From NCBI GenBank assembly GCA_001778985.1, contig MFIU01000001.1:50111-114110 (forward strand): DNA of 64,000 bases, written 5' to 3'. The translations under genes were made by a program, and so were the position numbers. The DNA comes from Candidatus Giovannonibacteria bacterium RIFOXYD1_FULL_48_21 (GTDB lineage Bacteria; Patescibacteriota; Minisyncoccia; JACPKW01; UBA11713). The notes beneath the pieces are model-generated. The model made no database searches. It was not told where the DNA came from and worked only from the letters and a program-made list of their open reading frames with translations. Position 1 is the first letter of the stretch. Each line of letters begins with the position of its first letter. Positions 59,116-64,000 of the stretch are shown piece by piece.

Positions 59116-59601
59116 TTAATTCTTTTGCAAAGTGCCGCTGTGGATAACGGCCGAACAGGCGATAGCCAAGGCGTCTGACTCGTCGTCTAAGATTTTTCCC
59201 GAAGGAAGTTCTATTATTTTTTCCAGCATTTTTAAAACCGCTTCTTTGTCGGCCCGGCCGTAGCCGGAGATCGTTTTTTTAACTTCAATCGGCGTGAATT
59301 CTTTGGTTTTAAGGCCGTATTTCCCCGCGAGAGCCAGCAGAATTCCCCTCACTTCGCCTATCACGAAAGCTGTTTTCGCGTTTTTCGCGAAAATTATTTT
59401 TTCTAAACATAAAATTTCCGGCCCTGCTTCCAGAATTTTACTTTCAACAAAACTTTGAATCTCGAAAAGTCTCGTTTCTTTTGGTTTTGTTTTTGAAGTT
59501 CTCTTGACCCCCGAGTCAATTCTTTTTATTTCTCCCGGCCGGCCCTCAATTACCGCCCACCCCAAGCGCTCAATACCAGGGTCAATGCCCAGTACTTTCA
59601 T
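59116..59601 (-). CDS. ruvC: Holliday junction resolvase RuvC
   Basis: MKVLGIDPGIERLGWAVIEG catalytic Asp. 161 aa. Confidence 0.9.
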   Translation of the reverse strand: MKVLGIDPGIERLGWAVIEGRPGEIKRIDSGVKRTSKTKPKETRLFEIQSFVESKILEAGPEILCLEKIIFAKNAKTAFVIGEVRGILLALAGKYGLKTKEFTPIEVKKTISGYGRADKEAVLKMLEKIIELPSGKILDDESDALAIACSAVIHSGTLQKN

Positions 59602-59784
59602 GTTTTAATTATAACAACTTTCTGGTTCAGCCCAATTTGTAATTTCCGAATCTGCACTTAATCAGCTATCGCCGGATAAGTGCAAGTTTGATTTTTAACA
59701 AATTTTAAGGCAATTTTTGGGGTGCTTACAGCTTGTGGTCTCGAGGACCTTTACTTGAGCACGATTTCGGTTATACTTAGATAA

Positions 59785-60036
59785 GTGCCGAAAATAACCT
59801 TCAGTGCGCACGCGCGCTATCAATTGAAGGAGCGTAATCTTTCGGAAAGAGAGGTAAAAAGAGCACTTAGAAATCCCGATAAAATTTATAAACAATCCGC
59901 GAATAGATTCCGCGCCATTAAAATGAGCAGGAAACAAGGCAAGGGTTATCTCGTAGTTGTCGTTTACGAAACAATAAATTCAACACAAGAAATAATAACG
60001 GTTTTCATAACTTCTAAAATTAAGAAATATTTATGA
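59785..60036 (+). CDS. DUF4258-family small protein, toxin-like; GTG start
   Basis: 83 aa beginning (GTG)PKITFSAHARYQLKERNLSEREV, ending ...VVVVYETINSTQEIITVF. ATGA overlap with the next ORF. Confidence 0.55.
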   Translation: MPKITFSAHARYQLKERNLSEREVKRALRNPDKIYKQSANRFRAIKMSRKQGKGYLVVVVYETINSTQEIITVFITSKIKKYL

Positions 60037-60275
60037 GGTTTCATTACGATAAAAAAATAGATGCGCTCTATATCCGCTTCAACGAGAAGCGTTATGCTGA
60101 AAGTGACGAGGTAAAAAAGGGGGTTATTTTTGATTACGACAAAGCAGGTAAAATCATCGGCATTGAGGTTCTGGACGCTTCCAAACGTTTTCCGCGAGAG
60201 TTCAGCTCTAAGTTTCAAAAGAAGAAGATTCCGGTCGCGCTGGATTTTGTTCAAGCCCCAGCCCCGGTGAGATAA
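60033..60275 (+). CDS. DUF2283-family small protein, the partner of DUF4258
   Basis: DALYIRFNEKRYAESDEVKKGVIFDYDKAGKIIGIEVLDASK. Confidence 0.55.
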   Translation: MRFHYDKKIDALYIRFNEKRYAESDEVKKGVIFDYDKAGKIIGIEVLDASKRFPREFSSKFQKKKIPVALDFVQAPAPVR

Positions 60276-60284
60276 TTTCTAAAT

Positions 60285-60836
60285 TTACGGCAATTGGGCG
60301 TTGGAATAGACCTCCTCCACGTCGTCCTGGTCGGAGAGGGTTTCCAGAAGAGCTTCAAATTTTTTCGCGTCCTCCGGAGAAAGAGCTTGCGGAAACTTGG
60401 CTTTAAATTCATTGCCGGATTTCTCGAAAGCCCACATTGCCGAACCCGCCACGCCTAGTTTGGCGTCATTTTGGGCGAGGATATGTTTTATTTCGTTGGT
60501 AGTGCGGTTGGGATTGTCTGTGACCGCGCTCACAATCAAGGCTGAACCGCCTGGCCCAAACACTTCATATAAAACTTCTTTCAGCTCGCCGGATTCTTTT
60601 TCGCCAGCCCGCCCAATCGCGCGCTCGATATTGTCCGAGGGCATATTGGCCGAACGCGCTTCTTCGATGGCCGCTGCGAGTTTGGGGTTGGTTTTCGGGT
60701 CCGCCCCTCCGCCAGCTGGCGGACCTTTTGCCGCCAGAGTTATGGTGCGCGATAGTTTCGAGAAAATTTTCCCCTTTTTGGCGTCCGAGGCCGCTTTTTT
60801 ATGCTTAATCTGCGCCCAGCGCGAATGCCCGCTCAT
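60285..60836 (-). CDS. yebC: YebC/PmpR-family transcriptional regulator (DUF28), short
   Basis: MSGHSRWAQIKHKKAASDAKKGKIFSKLSRTITLAAK...NMPSDNIERAI. Confidence 0.85.
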   Translation of the reverse strand: MSGHSRWAQIKHKKAASDAKKGKIFSKLSRTITLAAKGPPAGGGADPKTNPKLAAAIEEARSANMPSDNIERAIGRAGEKESGELKEVLYEVFGPGGSALIVSAVTDNPNRTTNEIKHILAQNDAKLGVAGSAMWAFEKSGNEFKAKFPQALSPEDAKKFEALLETLSDQDDVEEVYSNAQLP

Positions 60837-61324
60837 TTTTGATGCGTTTTAATATTTAATATCAAGTCTCGGGCGACATGGGGCCGGGGAACTTCTTTGA
60901 TGGAGAAGTTTATTTCGCCCGCGGTCTGAATGGTGATGTTGCCGTAATGAAACAGGGTGGCTACGAAATTCGGTATTTCAATCGTCACGTCCTGCACCCG
61001 CTCCAGACGAAATTCCGAAACCACGTGCTTAAAAAGCCCTTCCTGGTTTACGTTTAAAATCCGGCGGTCAGTTATCACCAGGGCGTCGAGGTAATAATCA
61101 ATCCAAAAAGCAAAAGCTAAGAGCAACGCGGCCAGATACCAGAGGCTGGAGATGAAGAAGAAGAGCGGCAAGACAAGACGGGCCGTCGCCAGCGCGGCCA
61201 CGAAAGGCAGGATAACCAGCGGCAGGAGCGCCAAAAATATAATAAAAATCATCTGCCCCAAAATTGAAATCCAATGGTGATGCAATATCATTAAAACTTT
61301 TTCTTCCGGCTCAAGATTGAGCAT
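60833..61324 (-). CDS. Membrane protein with a bacterial PH-like (bPH_2/DUF304, YdbT-like) domain
   Basis: Two N-terminal TM helices followed by ITDRRILNVNQEGLFKHVVSEFRLERVQDV. Confidence 0.6.
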   Translation of the reverse strand: MLNLEPEEKVLMILHHHWISILGQMIFIIFLALLPLVILPFVAALATARLVLPLFFFISSLWYLAALLLAFAFWIDYYLDALVITDRRILNVNQEGLFKHVVSEFRLERVQDVTIEIPNFVATLFHYGNITIQTAGEINFSIKEVPRPHVARDLILNIKTHQK

Positions 61325-61526
61325 AGTTTATGAGTTGGGCCCAATTGATTTGCCCGAAAAGCAATATTGCGAACACCCCGAGGATAAGAGCGGCTAGAAC
61401 AAAAAATCTGGTCACCCATTTGGCCGAGCGCGAGAAGGAGTAAGTATTTAAGTGCCAGATGACGGCGAGTGAAAAAATCGCGTAGAGCGAGAGAAATAAA
61501 GCTAGAAAAGCCCAGCCGAAAGTCAT
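61311..61526 (-). CDS. Small two-TM membrane protein (YdbS-like partner?)
   Basis: 71 aa, hydrophobic. Overlaps the downstream bPH_2 gene. Confidence 0.4.
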   Translation of the reverse strand: MTFGWAFLALFLSLYAIFSLAVIWHLNTYSFSRSAKWVTRFFVLAALILGVFAILLFGQINWAQLINYAQS

Positions 61527-62536
61527 GCGAGAAAAGAGCTTTCGGCCGGGCGGGGCCGGCCCAAATGTTCGTAGGCGCGCCGAGTGGCCACGCGGCCCCT
61601 GGGAGTACGTTCAATAAATCCGAGCTGCATTAAATACGGCTCATAAACCTCTTCAATGGTTTCTTTTTCTTCCGAGGTGGCCGCCGCCAAAGTGGAGAGT
61701 CCCACTGGCCCGCCGCCGAATTTGGAGATAATTGTTTCCAAAATCATCCGGTCCGTGTTCTCAAGGCCAGCCAAATCAATCTCCAGAAGCTCAAGCGCCC
61801 TCACCGCAAAATCTTTATTCAGCAGGGCGGCTTTTTCAACCTGGGCGAAATCCCGGGCGCGCTTCAAGAGACGGTTCGCCACCCGCGGCGTGAAGCGGGA
61901 GCGCTTGGCGATTTCCTCAATGGCCCCGTTGTCAATTTCGATTCCCAGGATTTTAGCGGAGCGCTCGATTATTTTTTTGATTTCCTCTTCGCTGTAAAAA
62001 TCCAGCCGGAAAGTTCCGCCGGAGAAGCGGGAGCGAAGAGGCGAAGATAAAAGCGCGATGCGGGTGGTGGCGGCGACGAGGGTGAAGGGAGGCAGGTCCA
62101 GCTGAATCGTTCGGGCCGAAGGCCCCTTGCCGATGACAATGTCCAGAGAGCGCGATTCCAAGGCCGGGTATAAAATTTCCTCAATCAGCTTATTCAAGCG
62201 GTGCGCCTCGTCGATGAAGAGAATGTCGCCGGCGGAAAGATTGGTGAGGATGGAGGCCAGGTCTCCGACTCTTTCGATGGCCGGGCCGGAAGTCACCTTC
62301 ATCTGAGTCCGAAGCTCCTTGGCGATCAGGTGAGCGAGCGTGGTTTTGCCCAAGCCGGCCGGACCATAGAAAAGCAAATGTTCAATCGGCTCGCCCCGCT
62401 CCTGGGCGGCTTGGATTAAGATTTTCAGGTTTTTCTTGACCGCTTCCTGGCCGATATACTCTGCCCAAACCTGGGGGCGGAGAGTCAGGTCTAGAGAGCG
62501 GTCCTCTGATTGGATTTTAGGGTCAGTTAGTACCAT
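61523..62536 (-). CDS. ruvB: Holliday junction branch-migration helicase RuvB
   Basis: Walker A GPAGLGKTTLA, Walker B ILFIDEAHRL, C-terminal winged helix. Confidence 0.95.
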   Translation of the reverse strand: MVLTDPKIQSEDRSLDLTLRPQVWAEYIGQEAVKKNLKILIQAAQERGEPIEHLLFYGPAGLGKTTLAHLIAKELRTQMKVTSGPAIERVGDLASILTNLSAGDILFIDEAHRLNKLIEEILYPALESRSLDIVIGKGPSARTIQLDLPPFTLVAATTRIALLSSPLRSRFSGGTFRLDFYSEEEIKKIIERSAKILGIEIDNGAIEEIAKRSRFTPRVANRLLKRARDFAQVEKAALLNKDFAVRALELLEIDLAGLENTDRMILETIISKFGGGPVGLSTLAAATSEEKETIEEVYEPYLMQLGFIERTPRGRVATRRAYEHLGRPRPAESSFLA

Positions 62537-62757
62537 CCCTTGACTTTTTATAAAATATCTGCTAAACTTTTACTCGAAATTGGGTTGATTTTTGGCACGT
62601 GGTCTCTAGGCATACAAGGGAGATATTGCCGAAGGATGGCCTGGTCTGAGCTTGTCGAAGACTGGAGCCTATCCTCGTTACTTCTCTCAACTCCCGCTAC
62701 CCATGGTAGGAGGTCTGTCTGGAGGCTACTTGCCAGAATTTTACCCGTCCCGGAGGA

Positions 62758-64000
62758 CTAGCTGCCCACCACCCTTTCAAGCTCTTTCCACGAGGTCATA
62801 CCCGAGAGCATTTTCAGAATACCATCTTGTTTCATAGTCAGCATCCCCTGCAAAATCGCGGCTTCGTGCAAAGCCACCTGGGAAGGTTCTTTTAGAATCA
62901 GCCGTTCTATTTTATCGTCTATCAAAAACGCCTCAAAAACCCCAACCCGGCCCTTAAAACCTGTCCCACCGCAGGCCTCGCAGCCCACCGCTTCGTAAAG
63001 AGTGATTTTCTTGAGGTCTGGTTTTGTTATTTTCTTTGGAAGGCGCGCCAATTCCTTTTCAATCCGCGCCCGCTCCTCGGCGCCGGCTTTTTTTGCCTTG
63101 GCGCAAGCTTTGCATAAGCGCCGCACCAGACGCTGGGCCATGGTGATATTTATCGCCGGCGCGATGATATTGGGCTTAACTCCCATGTCAATCAAGCGGG
63201 GTATGGTCCCGGCGGCGTCATTGGTGTGAAGCGTGGAGAAAACCAAATGCCCGGTGAGCGCGGCGTGGAGGGCGGTTTCCGCGGTTTCAAAATCCCGAAT
63301 CTCGCCCACCATGATTACGTCCGGGTCTTGCCGCAATATCGACTTTAGGCCGTTTGAAAAATCATAGCCCTTTTCCGAATCAACCTGGGTCTGCGTAACG
63401 CCGGAAATGTGATACTCAATCGGGTCTTCAATGGTGATTATTTCAATTCCCGGCTCGGATATTTTTTTTATGAAGGCATAAAGCGTGGTGGTCTTGCCCG
63501 AACCAGTCGGTCCTGTGGTTAAAATCATGCCGTTCGGTTTTAAGAGTTCCCGCTCCACGAGCTCCAGAAGGTAGGGATGTATTCCCAAATCATCGAGTTT
63601 CAAAGCGATGGTTTTAGGATGCAGTACCCGAAGCGAGACAGACTCGCCGTAGGGACCTGGCAGGGTGGAAGTCCGGACCTCGATGTCCGTCTCCTTTGTG
63701 CGAATCGTGAAGCGGCCGTCTTGGGCCTTGTCTTTGACGTTTAATTTAAGCTCCGAGAGCAATTTTATTCTGGAAAGCAAAAGCTGATATATTTTGGGGT
63801 TGAAAGCGGCGAGCTCCTGCAGGACCCCGTCGATTCTAAGCCTCAACTTCACTTTTGCTTCCCCCGGCTCCACGTGAACATCCGAAGCCTCGATAGAGAG
63901 AGCTCCGGCCAGAATAAGCTCCAAGATCTCTGAAATTTTTCGGGATTCCGTGAGGGTGCCGGCCTTTGACAAAAGAGTTCTTAAATTGTTGACGCTTTTT
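62758..64000 (-). CDS. pilB: Type II/IV secretion / type IV pilus assembly ATPase (GspE/PilB family). It is 5' partial: the reading frame is open to the window end.
   Basis: Walker A GPTGSGKTTTLYA and a C-terminal tetracysteine (CEACGGTGFKGRVGVFE). The frame remains open upstream of the ORF-track TTG start. Confidence 0.85.
   Translation of the reverse strand, partial: KSVNNLRTLLSKAGTLTESRKISEILELILAGALSIEASDVHVEPGEAKVKLRLRIDGVLQELAAFNPKIYQLLLSRIKLLSELKLNVKDKAQDGRFTIRTKETDIEVRTSTLPGPYGESVSLRVLHPKTIALKLDDLGIHPYLLELVERELLKPNGMILTTGPTGSGKTTTLYAFIKKISEPGIEIITIEDPIEYHISGVTQTQVDSEKGYDFSNGLKSILRQDPDVIMVGEIRDFETAETALHAALTGHLVFSTLHTNDAAGTIPRLIDMGVKPNIIAPAINITMAQRLVRRLCKACAKAKKAGAEERARIEKELARLPKKITKPDLKKITLYEAVGCEACGGTGFKGRVGVFEAFLIDDKIERLILKEPSQVALHEAAILQGMLTMKQDGILKMLSGMTSWKELERVVGS

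Noticed and set aside
62537-62757. SRP RNA, RNase P RNA, 6S RNA or tmRNA in the pilB-ruvB intergenic region
   Set aside because: I looked for SRP helix-8 (GGAA tetraloop / AGCAGCC), RNase P P4 (AGGAAAGUCCGGGCUCC / ACAGAACCCGGCUUA) and tmRNA 3' T-arm/CCA signatures on both strands. Only partial, non-collinear resemblances were found (GTCCCGGAGGA..AGCTGCC). That is not enough to call a known RNA family.

Overview
This 64 kb window is almost entirely coding and looks like the replication-origin neighbourhood of a small-genome bacterium. Standard code; TGA is used as a stop codon. The gene content resembles Candidate Phyla Radiation / Patescibacteria, but this is inference from gene content only.

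Identifiable housekeeping genes:
- membrane H+/Na+-pyrophosphatase (5' partial at the window start), clpP, gpmI, rny, hup
- a complete F1Fo ATP synthase operon on the minus strand (atpB-E-F-H-A-G-D-C), with a truncated epsilon subunit and a minimal delta subunit
- an ABC-2 exporter pair
- five tRNA genes, all on the minus strand and without an encoded CCA end: Gly-TCC, Pro-TGG, Ala-CGC, Pro-CGG, Arg-TCG
- cca, xerC/D-like recombinase, rpsO, an NYN-domain protein, pnp, dksA/traR-like, comM, an M23/LysM peptidase, pcrA, ksgA
- the origin block jag-yidC-yidD-rnpA-rpmH | dnaA-dnaN, then PBP1A, tyrS, ruvC, yebC, ruvB and a pilB/gspE-like ATPase (5' partial at the window end)

Accessory content:
- an eleven-gene plus-strand cluster of secreted and membrane proteins around a VirB4-like ATPase that is split into two ORFs, with PrgI/VirB3-like, VirB6/TrbL-like and pilin-like proteins
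- a four-gene membrane-protein operon next to a candidate AbiEii-like nucleotidyltransferase pair
- a DUF4258/DUF2283 pair, and a degenerate RelE/ParE-like pair

Non-coding observations I consider most notable:
- a 13-14 bp inverted-repeat clamp (ACCCCGTTAGAWA / TWTCTAACGGGGT) present three times. Twice it encloses a two-hairpin insert of about 40 nt; once it brackets tRNA-Pro(CGG) together with degenerate tRNA-like half-molecules.
- an exact 15-mer (CTGAGCTTGTCGAAG) present three times, each in a structured leader or intergenic region
- an array of about eight phased TGTTTCAC half-sites upstream of the yraN and tRNA-Pro unit
- a (GA)7 dinucleotide tract in front of a 1000-aa surface protein whose annotated start lacks a proper signal peptide
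- recurrent heptamer tandem repeats inside the pnp, pcrA and ksgA coding sequences

No rRNA genes or CRISPR arrays were seen.
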